Positions 41,158 through 51,740 of a stretch of 64,000 nt of DNA are shown one piece after another. Each line of letters starts with the position of its first letter. Within the stretch, counting starts at the first letter, position 1. Both the position numbers and the translations under genes were made by a program. The stretch covers positions 240,303-304,302 of the forward strand of contig CAVPRW010000010.1 of assembly GCA_963707985.1 (NCBI GenBank). Direction: 5' to 3'. The DNA comes from an uncultured Nitrospinota bacterium. Lineage in GTDB: Bacteria; Tectomicrobia; Entotheonellia; J063; CAVPRW01. The notes under the pieces were generated by a model. It saw nothing but the letters and a program-made list of their open reading frames with translations, made no database searches and had not been told where the DNA came from.

Positions 41158-42600
41158 ATGATGCCCTATTTGGAAAGACTGCAATCTGTAGTGACACCGT
41201 GGCTACAGCGATTGGTGCGACCATTTGTGCACCTCGTGATCTGGATGGCTGTGCTCGAGGCTGGGGCAGCCATGGCGATGGAGCCTATAACGCTCCACAT
41301 TCCATCGACCACCGTGGGCTTGTCGAACGGCTTGAGAGTGGTAGTATCCGCCAAACACAAGCTGCCGATGGTGTCAATCAGTGTCCGTGTTAGGGTGGGC
41401 TCAGCCGACGACCCCGAGGAGGAGTCAGGGCTTGCCGCAATGACGGTTCGCCTTATGGATAAAGGCACGACCCATCGGACAGCCTCGGCTATCGCCGATG
41501 AAATCGATTTTCTGGGAGCGCATCTGGATGCCAGTGCAGGAGGGACGGGGAGCACTGTAGCGCTCTCGGTGTTGGCCAAGGATGTCGAGCACGGCCTCGA
41601 TCTATTGGCCGATCTCCTGCAACACTCCCGCTTCGATGGCGCTGAATTGGAGCGGGAGCGGACCCAGACGCTGTCGGAGATTCACCAACAACGGTCGGAG
41701 CCGGACGAGGTGGTCTCGCAGGTCTTTCGGGAAACATTGTATGCCGGCCATCCCCTGCATCGACCTGTCTCCGGGTACGCCCATACTGTATCCCGGATCA
41801 CACGCGAGGATGTCGTGTCTTTTCATCAGCGTTTTTACGTCCCGAACAATACGATCGTGGTCATGGTGGGTGCTCTCCCAGAGGAGCACATGCTGGAGCT
41901 GATCCAGCGTTATTTCAGCACCTGGCCAACGCAGCCACTGGCACCCTCATTGCTACCACAACCGACCCCAACCTCAGGGAAACAGGTGCGCGTGGTCGAT
42001 ATGGATGTGAACCAGTGTTATATCCAGTGGGGACACCTATCGGTCCGCCGGGACGATCCCGAGTTTGCGGCCATCCGTGGGATGAACTACATCCTCGGCG
42101 GTGGAGAGTTAGTGTCGCGCTTGATGGGCGTGATTCGCGAGCAACAAGGGCTGGCCTACGCGGTGAGCTCGGAGTTCGTCGGTGGGGGCCAATATCCGGG
42201 TTTCTTTGTCGCAGAGTTACAGACCGCCATCCCGACCACGGCGCAGGCACTGACGAACTTGATTGCGGTGATCGAGGGTCTGCAGCACACCCCCATAACT
42301 CCTGAAGAATTATCCGATATGCAGCGCTATTACGAAGGCAGTCTCCCGGCGCGGGCCGAGACGTATGAACAGGTGACGGAACTGCTCATCGATCGAGAAT
42401 TTTTTGGGCTTGCCGATGGCTACTGGGAGGCGGAGATCCGCCAGATTCAGCAATTGACGGCCGAGGCTATACAACAACTCGCCCTGCGCTACCTCGACAT
42501 TAACAACTTTGTCCTTGCCCTCGTGACTAAACGATCCGACCTCAATCTTGCCGATGCTCCCATCCCCGCCGAGGCGATCCGCGAGGTCCTCGTGCCTTGA
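41158..42600 (+). CDS. M16 (pitrilysin) family peptidase-like protein lacking the HxxEH zinc motif; signal-anchored
   Basis: M16 fold blocks (GLRVVV..., R..VVMVGALPEEHMLELIQRYFS...) but GLAAMTVRLMDKGT replaces HxxEH. Confidence 0.55.
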   Translation: MMPYLERLQSVVTPWLQRLVRPFVHLVIWMAVLEAGAAMAMEPITLHIPSTTVGLSNGLRVVVSAKHKLPMVSISVRVRVGSADDPEEESGLAAMTVRLMDKGTTHRTASAIADEIDFLGAHLDASAGGTGSTVALSVLAKDVEHGLDLLADLLQHSRFDGAELERERTQTLSEIHQQRSEPDEVVSQVFRETLYAGHPLHRPVSGYAHTVSRITREDVVSFHQRFYVPNNTIVVMVGALPEEHMLELIQRYFSTWPTQPLAPSLLPQPTPTSGKQVRVVDMDVNQCYIQWGHLSVRRDDPEFAAIRGMNYILGGGELVSRLMGVIREQQGLAYAVSSEFVGGGQYPGFFVAELQTAIPTTAQALTNLIAVIEGLQHTPITPEELSDMQRYYEGSLPARAETYEQVTELLIDREFFGLADGYWEAEIRQIQQLTAEAIQQLALRYLDINNFVLALVTKRSDLNLADAPIPAEAIREVLVP

Positions 42601-42833
42601 TCGAAAAATCAATCGCTTGCGACCGGTAACCTTCCTGTTTTCAGTCGTTTTCGACAAAGCTCTATCGGGAGCTCCCCACGTGGCTCCGTTACCGACACAT
42701 GTACGGCCCTCATGGGGAACGCCCGATAGAAGCCTTCTGCGATATGCAGTGCACCGCCTCTTCGCGGGGGTCCATAATCCCCATTCAGCAGAGCTGCATA
42801 TCGCTCATCTTGCCTGGTGCCGGGACCCGGGGA

Positions 42834-43700
42834 TTAACGGGGCACCATGTTGGGGGTGGGTTCTGCTGGGAGCGGTTGTGCGTCCATTTCTCGCGCCCGC
42901 TTTTCCAACGCTGGTATGAGGGCATTCACGACGTCCTGGTCATAGTCTGCGGCCACGCCCGGGTAGCCAGCCCGCTGGATCATGTCCCGGAGCTTCCCGC
43001 TCTTGAACTGCTCCAGCGTCCACCCCAGTGGGTCGGGCACCAACGTCTTGTCCCAGAAGATGCGGTGGTTCTTGTTCCTGGGTCCGTAGTGATAGTGTGG
43101 AGCTTGGCGGAAGCAGTCGAAGGCCAGCAATTCGGTTTCTTCCATGTACGTGCGACCAGGCGTTCCCGCCAGGTCGGCTAACACGTGGATCGCCAGACCG
43201 CCGTCTCCGCCAGCCTGCTTCCGCATCTCCAGGCCAAACCGGAAGTTCCCTGCCTCGAACATGTCAGTACCGCGATTGTGCTTGACGGTATTTCTGCCGG
43301 TGGCAAAGATTTCACGGGCGTTGGATTCGACCTCAGGGAGTTTTTGCGAGACCGCTTGAGCATCAACTTTGTTCGCAACGTCCTCGTATCCGGAGGCCCG
43401 AAGCATGTCAGGAAGCTTGTGTTTCAGCTGCTTCACCGACCAGCCGATGGGGTTGCCGTCTACCGTGGGATCCATGCGGCAGAGTTTGTTCATCGTCTCG
43501 GGACCATACACATAGCTGCGCTCGAGGTCGAAACAGTTGAATCGCAGCAACTCCGTCTCTTCCCCCCCAACCTCTCCTGTGACCAGAATAGCCACGCCCT
43601 GGTCGGAGTGGTCGTCGACGTTACCGTCCCAAAGCTCGTGCTGGACTACGAGACTCACAGCGCCTGCATCAAACGTGGTTCGACGAGTGAATTGTGCCAT
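42834..43700 (-). CDS. Hypothetical protein built from two homologous about 140-aa repeats (EETELLxFxCF...YxYGP...GW(S/T)xxQ(L/F)K)
   Basis: Internal duplication seen directly; start at MAQF with GGAGG SD. Confidence 0.5.
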   Translation of the reverse strand: MAQFTRRTTFDAGAVSLVVQHELWDGNVDDHSDQGVAILVTGEVGGEETELLRFNCFDLERSYVYGPETMNKLCRMDPTVDGNPIGWSVKQLKHKLPDMLRASGYEDVANKVDAQAVSQKLPEVESNAREIFATGRNTVKHNRGTDMFEAGNFRFGLEMRKQAGGDGGLAIHVLADLAGTPGRTYMEETELLAFDCFRQAPHYHYGPRNKNHRIFWDKTLVPDPLGWTLEQFKSGKLRDMIQRAGYPGVAADYDQDVVNALIPALEKRAREMDAQPLPAEPTPNMVPR

Positions 43701-44276
43701 GGGCAAACCTCCATAATGTCAGCTGCATTTGTTGGGACCAGTGGCACTATACCAGACAGCGACTTCTCTAGCGAACACGCCGACCCCCAGGGTAATCGCT
43801 TAAGCAGAACCTCCCCGAGCGTTCATCGGTAGCAGTGTAGTTGCTGTAGGGTGCCCTTGTCCCTGAACTTCCCTCCCTATAGGGATGAGAGCTATTATAT
43901 CACGAATGTTGTCAGCAGCTCAGTTCAAATTGAGGACGAAAAGGCTTTACTCCGGTATGAGGGGAAACTCGTTGAATCGCCTCGCTGGTGTCACAGAGCC
44001 AGAGCAGGAGCACATGCGCCTGGCTTTTCTCCATTCGACGCAAGACGTATACCCCATATGGTCACACAACTCATGCGGCTTCACGCGCGTAGTATTTCAG
44101 CAGCCCGCCCAGCCGTTCGCGACACCGGCTCGGGCCTTCACGCCCCCCGTATAGGCTGGACGAAGGAAAAAGCAGGACATTCCCTGCCCTTGATGGTTTC
44201 TCTCGCGATGATACTGCTCCACATACTCGAGAAGCGCGTGGTGGAGAGACGCTTCACCGCGGAGCCGGAGGAAAAA

Positions 44277-46137
44277 TTAGGGCACGAGGTTGATATACGG
44301 CTTGGTGAAAACCTCCCAGGAATCGTTAGCAGCCTGGTATCGGGAGTTCACGAACACGCGCCAGTTCGTATCGTCGAGTTCGGGGTAATCGGCGCGATAG
44401 TAATACCCTGGCCAGCGGGTTTCCTGACGGTGGAGCAGATGCCGCAGATGAATTTCCCCAACCCAGGTACGATGCCACAGCTCCCAGCAGCGCAGGAGCT
44501 CGTGCAGGCTCCGCGCTCCCAGGTGTTGGAGATCAGCACGTAACAGTTGAATGAGCTCGATCCCCCGTTGCAACAGCGGAGCATTGGTGGTGTACCAGGC
44601 GGATGTCCCCGCAGCATACTCGTCCATGATTTTCTGTAAGCGCACCAGCCCTTGTTTGGGGGTGATGTAATGCGGGTTCACCGCCTCGGCGGTCGACGCC
44701 CCATGATGGGCCGCAAACGTCTCCAGTGGCGCCCAGATTGCCGCCTGGAGTTGGCGAATTGCACGGTCGCTGAGCGTGGGAGCAGTGGAGTGGTCCAGGA
44801 CATAGCGCACCGCTGCTTTCGCGGCTAACCGGCCCTCGGTAAAGGAGCCCGAGGAGAACTTGTGCGGGGCAGCGCCCACGCCGTCCCCAGCGGCGAAGAG
44901 CCCCTGGATGCTGGTCATCTTGTTATAACCCCAGAAGTATGCAGGCGGGGATAAGTCCTCCGGGCCACTCACCCAGGCACCTGCCTCGCCGGAGTGCGAT
45001 CCCATGATGTAGGGCTCGGCTAGGACGATTTCCGACGGGGTGACCTCTGGGGCAATATTCTGTGCCGCCCAAGTCAACGCCTGCGCGATCGTCATGTCGA
45101 GGAAATCCTCCCAGGCTTCCGCACGCACCTGGTCCATCTTGGCAGGGTCCCCTTGTGACAGCTTTTGCATGGCCTCTTCGGTGCGCATATAGATCGGGCC
45201 ACGTCCCCCACGCACATCCATGAACATCTGGTGATTCCGCAAGGGCGTCGGGGTCGGGATGGCCGATCCGTACGGTTCATATTTCTTTAACTCGTCGGCG
45301 TGTGTGACAGTGTAGTCCTCACCATAGGCATTGGTCGCCCGAGCATGGAAATACTGAAACCACATACCTACCGGCCCGTAGCCGTCTTTGAATCGCGTTG
45401 GCACGAAGCGATGTTCCATTTGCGTCATTTCCGTACCGATCGGGATCATCAGACCATAGGCGGAACCGGTGGCAAACACCGAGTACCAGGTACGCCCCAG
45501 GCCTTCTTCGGTCGAGCGCGGTCGGAAGACGTTGGAAGAACCGCCACTGGCGATGATGACCGCCTTAGCCTTGAACACGTAGAAGGTGTTTTCCCGTACC
45601 GCAAAGCCAACCGCCCCGGCGATGCGCCCGGCATCATTGGCATCGGTCACCAAGTGGGTGATGGCGATACGCTCATAGAGATTCCCTTCTCCCAGGGCTT
45701 TGCGGGCCGGTTCCGCGGTAATGGGCTTGATCGACTCACCATGAATCGGAATTTGCCATCGACCGATACGTTCGTACTGACCGTTGTCCTTCTTCCAGAT
45801 GGGTAAGCCCCACTCTTCCAGCAGGTGCACCGACGAATCGACATGGCGGCCCACATCATAGACTAGATCTTCCCGCGCCAGCCCCATCATATCGTTGACC
45901 ACATATTTCACAAAGTCTTCCGGCGTGTTCCAGCCGTAGCGCTGCCCCATGTAGCAGTTAATGGCGGAAAGGCCCTCGCCAGTGGCGCCGCTACGCTCGA
46001 TGACGGCCTTTTCGACCATTACAACGCGCAAGTCCTTCCCCCAGTACTTGCGCCTCGAACGCTGCACCACAACCGGCCATACCACCGCCAATGATGAGGA
46101 TGTCACACTCTACCGTTTGCGTATTTGGTGCTGCCAT
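44277..46137 (-). CDS. aprA: Adenylylsulfate (APS) reductase alpha subunit AprA; N-terminal FAD-binding segment is in a different frame (single-base indel near 46045)
   Basis: MAAPNTQTVECDILIIGGGMAGCGAAFEA (frame ending 46179) then KYWGKDLRVVMVEKAVIERSGATGEGLSAINCY... (frame ending 46106). Confidence 0.8.
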
Positions 46138-46188
46138 GTCGCCTGTGTCCTCCAATCTTCGCTCTCTGTGTTCTCCCAACTGAGGAGC

Positions 46189-46641
46189 CTAGCGGGGGTT
46201 AAGAGTCGGTAATCTGTCAACGCCGAGCCAACGAGATTCACCCGCCAGCGTCTGATTTCGCAAGTCTTGCGCCGGGTCTTCATTGAAGTTCCGATAAGGC
46301 TCGCTGGAGCCGACCGGGGTGGACCGGGACGGATAAGTAAAACGTAATTCACGGCCATCTCGAAACTTCACTGTCCAGGTGAGCCCTTGTTCCACTCGTT
46401 TGGGTTGGACGCTCGCTCCGAGAGGGACAAAATCGGCATAACCTCGCACAAAGATGGCTTCCTGGGGACAGAGCTTGACGCAGGCGTAGCACTCGGAGCA
46501 CATCTCAGGCTCCTGATTGAAACCCTTCTCGGTGTCCGAGCTGAGGACCATCAGGTCATTGGGACAGATGTACACACACAATGGTCCCTGATCGACGCCT
46601 GCGCAAGCATTGCAGGCGTGTGGATCGACATAGGTTGGCAT
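46189..46641 (-). CDS. aprB: APS reductase beta subunit AprB (2x[4Fe-4S])
   Basis: MPTYVDPHACNACAG...CVYICPNDLM...CSECYACVKLCPQEAI...FVPLG. Confidence 0.85.
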   Translation of the reverse strand: MPTYVDPHACNACAGVDQGPLCVYICPNDLMVLSSDTEKGFNQEPEMCSECYACVKLCPQEAIFVRGYADFVPLGASVQPKRVEQGLTWTVKFRDGRELRFTYPSRSTPVGSSEPYRNFNEDPAQDLRNQTLAGESRWLGVDRLPTLNPR

Positions 46642-47245
46642 GTGTTCCTCCATCATCGGCTTGTCAGATTGGGCACACAGGCCACAACCGTGATCCTGTG
46701 CACGAAGATGTCGAGTGATCGTGCCCTCCTCCGGACGCCCTCCAGGTTATCCTGGCTCCGTCGGGTGGCCCACCTCACCCAGCCTTTCCCCTCAGTGGGT
46801 GAAGGTTCGGGAGGGGGGTGAAACCGCGACGTACAATACCAAGTCAGCGGACATGTCAGCCAAGGGGTAAGGTCACTGCACAGGTATAACACAGATTGTG
46901 TCATACCTCCACCGCTGGAGGGCTTCTCAGCAGGAGTGGCAAGAGCGATCTGGTGTCCCCTATTCGGACGCTCAGGTCTGTTGCTGTTGATAAGTAATGG
47001 AGCTTGATGGTTTCTCTTCTCGGCCCTGCCCTTTCTAGGGTAGAATGATCAATGTCTACAGGCTTCCTCCCAGATCTTTACTGAGGGGAACTGGTTGTCG
47101 TCGGCTGCCATGGACCTCTACTCCAGCTGAGCTAGCGTCTGAGGATAGGGTTCGTGTGTGGAAGCAGATAGCATCGGGGACGCCGAGATACATGTCGTGA
47201 GATGATCAGAACGGGTCACGACCAGTCTTCAGGAGGAATTCGCAC

Positions 47246-47920
47246 ATGACACAGCATACTCCGGAGCGACCGCCGTGGGATGAGACACTTCGCCAGGCTT
47301 TCGCCCATCCACGCCACGCTGCAGGGCAATTCGCCCAGTGTACACGGACTCCAGCCGACGCGTGGGAGTTCCTGGCGCAACTTGATGGCGCCGCCGACGA
47401 TGCTGCGCAGCACTGGCCGCGACGGACAGAACATGCCTGTATCCCAGGATGTTTCTTTTGCTGCTTTCTGTGGATAGACGCCATGCCGCTGGAGGTGCTC
47501 CGCATTGCTGCCTACCTCCAACGAACCGCGTCCCCGGGCGACCTTGCCGAGGTGCGCCGACGCCTGCTCGATCGCCTTTCCGCTCCCATCGGGGAACGCC
47601 CGTGTGGGTTGCTCACTGCCGAGGGTCGCTGCGCCGTGTATGCCATACGGCCGATGACCTGCCGCGGGTTCCATTCCTTCTCCAAATCCGCCTGCCAGGC
47701 CTCCTATGAGGGGCGCAGCAGTGGCCCTACGGCCGGCCTCGATGAGCCCCTCCACATGCTCGTAGCGGCGATGCAAGGGGGCATCGAGCGTGGCCTGGCC
47801 GAGCATGGGTTCGAAAGTGGCTGGGTGGAACTGAATGAGGCGCTCTTGCACGTCCTCGATCTCCCCACCCCGTTACTATCCTGGCTCAACCGGGAGCCGA
47901 TCTTCGCTTCGCTCGCATAG
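47246..47920 (+). CDS. YkgJ-family cysteine-cluster (putative Zn/Fe-chelating) protein
   Basis: CIPGCFFCC...C...C spacing characteristic of UPF0153/YkgJ. Confidence 0.55.
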   Translation: MTQHTPERPPWDETLRQAFAHPRHAAGQFAQCTRTPADAWEFLAQLDGAADDAAQHWPRRTEHACIPGCFFCCFLWIDAMPLEVLRIAAYLQRTASPGDLAEVRRRLLDRLSAPIGERPCGLLTAEGRCAVYAIRPMTCRGFHSFSKSACQASYEGRSSGPTAGLDEPLHMLVAAMQGGIERGLAEHGFESGWVELNEALLHVLDLPTPLLSWLNREPIFASLA

Positions 47921-48412
47921 CCGAAATGCTGTCGTGAGTCACATGGCCTTGGTGTACCTGAGGAAGGATGACTCGGCATGGAGAGGGCGGGTGGGTGTAT
48001 CTCTCGTCCTTACTCAACTATGGATTCCGTTATATGTGATACGCTACAGGCACCGTTGCGTCAGGTCGCGGGGACTGATGTAGGCGCCCAGATCGCGCTT
48101 ATAGGTTATGGGGTCGTCTTTGTACAGCGCGATGTCGAGTGGGCGCGGAGCGCCGATGCGCACCATCACTACGCCCATCTTCCGGCCCGTGGCGAGGTTG
48201 CCGCCCATATGCCGTTCCTGACCGCTCGCGTCACGGACATCCATGACTTGGGAGCGGAACATTTAGCGTTGTCGCTGATCACATGGATGTGTATGATGGC
48301 ACCCAGTCTCGCCCATTATTTCTCAGAGAACACGTACCCGAGAATAGACGATTCATCAGGTGCCCCCTCTAGTTGCCCAGCATACCACTGAAGGGGATTG
48401 ATATAAGGAGAC

Positions 48413-49306
48413 ATGGTGATGGCTGTTCTGCGTGTTATGGCTTCACGGCATTCGGCCTTCTATAGTCCACTCATTGGCGCCATCGCCGGCGGATTTCTCC
48501 AGGAGGAGGGGTTTGAAGCAGTTTATTCGCCCCTGCCTGCGGGGAAGGCAGTGGCGCAGCTGCTGACGGCAGGTGAGATCGATGTGGCGCAGTCGGCGGT
48601 ATCTTCGAGTTGGAGCTTCCTGGAGCAGGGTCAACAGCCCCCGACGGTGCACTTCGCTCAGATCAATGAGCGCGACGGGTTCCTGATCGCCGCTCGCCGT
48701 CCCGATGCGGCATTTTCGTGGGACAAACTGCTGTCAGGTGGATTTATGTTCGTACATGGAGGGCAGCCGCAGGCGATGCTGGCGTATGCGATGCACAAGC
48801 GTGGCGTCGACCTGAAGCAGGTCCAGGGGGTGAACGCTGGCAGTTCGGAGTCGATGATGGCAGCGTGGCGTCGAGGCCAGGGCGAGTATTTTCACGAGCA
48901 GGGGCCATATCCACAACAACTCGAGCACGAGCAGGTAGCGCACATTGTGGCCTCCGTCGGGGAGGTCATCGGTCCTGTGGCGTTCAGTAGCCTGACGGCG
49001 ACTCGTGAGTGGTTGCAGCGGCCGGAGGCCACCCGCTTCATGCGGGCATATCGGAAGGCGCGGGAGTGGGTGAACACGGCGCCTGCAGCGGAGATCGCCA
49101 AGGCGGAGCAGTCCTTCTTCCCGCAGGTGGATCAGCGCGCGCTGGCGACCACCATTGCATTCTATCAGCAACTGGGCAACTGGAGCCCACCGGTGACGAT
49201 ATCACGCGCCACATACGAGACGGCGCTGGATGTGTTTCAGCACTCGCAGCTGATCACGCGGCGGTACCCGTATGAGCAAGTGGTGGTTGAACCGCCGGAT
49301 GCCTGA
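48413..49306 (+). CDS. NMT1/THI5/SsuA-like periplasmic-binding-fold protein without signal peptide
   Basis: Type II PBP fold blocks; N-terminus MVMAVLRVMASRHSAFYSPLIGAIAGGF lacks a secretion signal. Confidence 0.55.
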   Translation: MVMAVLRVMASRHSAFYSPLIGAIAGGFLQEEGFEAVYSPLPAGKAVAQLLTAGEIDVAQSAVSSSWSFLEQGQQPPTVHFAQINERDGFLIAARRPDAAFSWDKLLSGGFMFVHGGQPQAMLAYAMHKRGVDLKQVQGVNAGSSESMMAAWRRGQGEYFHEQGPYPQQLEHEQVAHIVASVGEVIGPVAFSSLTATREWLQRPEATRFMRAYRKAREWVNTAPAAEIAKAEQSFFPQVDQRALATTIAFYQQLGNWSPPVTISRATYETALDVFQHSQLITRRYPYEQVVVEPPDA

Positions 49307-49399
49307 GAAGGTACAGGTCAGAGTATGCCTCAAGGCATTTTCGCCTCGCCAGCTCGGCGCAAATCCGGTCATGTACCCTTGAGGGACGGAGAAGTGCGT

Positions 49400-50221
49400 A
49401 TGTCAGCCATAGAAGTCTGGAAGCAGCGCGTGGCTGCGCATCGTGTGCAATCGCAGAAGATCAGGACAGCCCAGGGCATCACCGAGCTGGACCGCTGGGA
49501 GGTTGTCTCCTCTCTCTTCAAGGCTAACCCGCGACGGGAAGACGACGTTGAAGTCAACCGTCTGGTACGGGAGGTCACTCCTGGCACGACCGTCCTAGAC
49601 GTCGGAGGAGGTGCCGGGAGGTTCGCCCTGCCCTTAGCGCTGCGCTGCCAGCATGTTACGGTGGTAGAGCCGTCACCAAGCATGGGGGAGAACCTCCGTC
49701 AAATCGCAACGGAGGCGCAGATCGATAATGTCAGCCTGGTGCCGAAGCGGTGGGAAGAGGCTGAAGCAGAACCAGCCGATGTTGTGCTCTCGGCCCACGT
49801 TATCTACATGATCGAGGATATCCGGGCCTTTGTCGAGAGGCTGGTTGCCCACGCGCGCCAAAAGCTACTCTTGCTCATGTTCATGCGACCTCCCCTAGCC
49901 CGCTATGCGCCCTTCTGGCGCTTGGTGCACGGTGAGGATAAACACGAGCTGCCCGGGGCCGGGGAATTGATGCAGGTGCTTTGGGAAATGGGCATCTATC
50001 CAGACCTCGAGATGTTCGAGCCCAGCCCCTCCAGAGCTTTTAAGGATTGGCAAGAGGCGCTGGATACCACCAGACGACGCATCCACGTCATGCCGGATAC
50101 CGCAGAGGATGCACGGCTTCAGCAGGCCCTGTGCGAGTTACTCACCGCAACACCTGGCGGTCATGGCATACAGGGAGCTACACCCGAGCAACTGGCATTG
50201 ATCTCATGGCGGCCAGCATAG
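49400..50221 (+). CDS. Class I SAM-dependent methyltransferase
   Basis: VLDVGGGAGRFALPLA motif I; GGAGAAG SD upstream of MSAIEV. Confidence 0.7.
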   Translation: MSAIEVWKQRVAAHRVQSQKIRTAQGITELDRWEVVSSLFKANPRREDDVEVNRLVREVTPGTTVLDVGGGAGRFALPLALRCQHVTVVEPSPSMGENLRQIATEAQIDNVSLVPKRWEEAEAEPADVVLSAHVIYMIEDIRAFVERLVAHARQKLLLLMFMRPPLARYAPFWRLVHGEDKHELPGAGELMQVLWEMGIYPDLEMFEPSPSRAFKDWQEALDTTRRRIHVMPDTAEDARLQQALCELLTATPGGHGIQGATPEQLALISWRPA

Positions 50222-50355
50222 TTGGCCCTGCGGCGAACCAGCGTCTGGAGAGTGCACGCAGACCACCAATGGCGCTGCGCGCCAGCCATGATGGTCGACG
50301 CATCTTGTACCGGTATGCACTAAGGTGTGATTGAGGCAAGCGCCTCTTCCCACAG

Positions 50356-50856
50356 TTACAGAAACAACACGTTGGAGGCCTCGTCCGCTGTTGGTATTTC
50401 AACAGATGCTCCGAGCTTATGACGAATCCGCCAGTATTCTTCTTCACTGCAACCTCGTTCCTGCAACCAGCGCGATGGAGAGTCCCAGGCACCAGTACAC
50501 CATACAATGGTGACGCGTATGCCAGGTACAACTGAATGCGCGACATCCTGCCAAAACAAACGTCGAGCTTTCGTCAAGTTTGTTGCATCAATTGCCAGGC
50601 TGTGTCCTGCTTGCAATAACATGATCACTGCTTGCTGCACCAATGACCATACAATAGGCTCGAGTATGGCGTAGTCGCCGTTTTGATCATCCCGAGGATA
50701 AATGCCTGCATTCAATGCCAGGCGCATCGTATCCGAGGAGACCACAAAGGTACCCCGGTCCGCTTTGAGCCGTTTCGCATAGGTAGACTTTCCACTCCCA
50801 GGAAGCCCAGCTAAGATAAACAATTCTTGCCGACCACACTTCTCTAACACCTGCAC
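50356..50856 (-). CDS. P-loop kinase-like ATP-binding protein (AAA_33/zeta-toxin-like fold)
   Basis: LFILAGLPGSGKSTYAKRL Walker A; 166 aa. Confidence 0.55.
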   Translation of the reverse strand: MQVLEKCGRQELFILAGLPGSGKSTYAKRLKADRGTFVVSSDTMRLALNAGIYPRDDQNGDYAILEPIVWSLVQQAVIMLLQAGHSLAIDATNLTKARRLFWQDVAHSVVPGIRVTIVWCTGAWDSPSRWLQERGCSEEEYWRIRHKLGASVEIPTADEASNVLFL

Positions 50857-50969
50857 CCCTCACGTCGCGGTAGCGTGCGGACAGAGCCTTGACCCAGCAG
50901 ATAACAGACCTGACCCCTATGACCTGGAGCGACAAGTAACCGCCGAACGCGCAAGCTAAGCGGCACGGG

Positions 50970-51275
50970 TTACCGCGTCCGCTTGAGCGCTTTGTTAGCC
51001 GTAAGCCTTGACACTTGCCTTTGAGGCCGATTTACCGAAAGGTCATGATTGATTTGGAGGTTCAACCAAAACTCAGGGGTGGTACCCAATGCCTGAGACA
51101 ACAACCACGACGTTTCGGGGGAAACCCCACGCTTACCCCGCACGATTTCGTTAATACGCTGCACCGGCACGCCGATATGCTCGGCCAGCGCACGCTGCGT
51201 TTGGCCGAGTGGCTCGAGAAACTCCTTTAACAGAATTATGCCTGGATGGGTGGCAATACGGTTCTGAGACAACAT
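50970..51275 (-). CDS. higA: HigA-family antitoxin (XRE HTH)
   Basis: THPGIILLKEFLEPLGQTQRALAEHIGVPVQRINEIVRGKRGVSPETSWLLSQALGTTPEFWLNLQ is canonical HigA/VapI. Confidence 0.8.
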   Translation of the reverse strand: MLSQNRIATHPGIILLKEFLEPLGQTQRALAEHIGVPVQRINEIVRGKRGVSPETSWLLSQALGTTPEFWLNLQINHDLSVNRPQRQVSRLTANKALKRTR

Positions 51276-51295
51276 AAGACTTCTCCACGACCAAA

Positions 51296-51586
51296 CTAAT
51301 GGTAATCGGCAATTCTTACTTCATGCGCTTCCGAGGCATGCCAACGGAAAATAATACGCCACTGATTGTTGATGCGGATGCTGTAAAAGCCACGAAGATC
51401 GCCACGCAATGCCTCAAGGCGATTACCTGGCGGAGAACGCAAATCTTCGAGCACGTGGGCAGCGTTGAGCACGTCCTGCTTCACAAGCGCTGCCTCCACG
51501 ATATTCGCTGGAAACCGCCTTACGCGGCTACTTCAAACACCATGGAAGAGATCTTCCGTCGCACGATCTCCAAAGGATATGATCAT
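51296..51586 (-). pseudogene. higB: HigB toxin (RelE/ParE fold) with an in-frame TGA at 51533-51535 (codon 18)
   Basis: [36 protein letters not shown]...[31 protein letters not shown] aligns with HigB MIRSFKDKQTELLFNGGRSRRFPADL... Confidence 0.7.
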
Positions 51587-51740
51587 GCACGGATTTTAGT
51601 GCATTTACGGATACCGTGCAATCGAGATGGAAGCGGCTAACCATTGATAGACAGGCAGTTTTGCCCTGATAATGGCTCTTGGCCACTTTTGGTGACGAAT
51701 TTCGCTGTGGCCACTCACGGTGTCTATTGAGTGAAAAACA

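Noticed and set aside
43851-44543. 230-aa plus-strand ORF
   Set aside because: It lies antisense to the 3' part of aprA and downstream spacer. No conserved features.
48240-48412. TPP-riboswitch-like fragments (ctcagag, acccg, atcaggtgcc, ggcaccc) upstream of the NMT1/THI5-like gene
   Set aside because: The elements match the reverse complements of THI-box blocks but occur in the forward order. That is inconsistent with either orientation of RF00059. Only an Infernal scan could rescue it.
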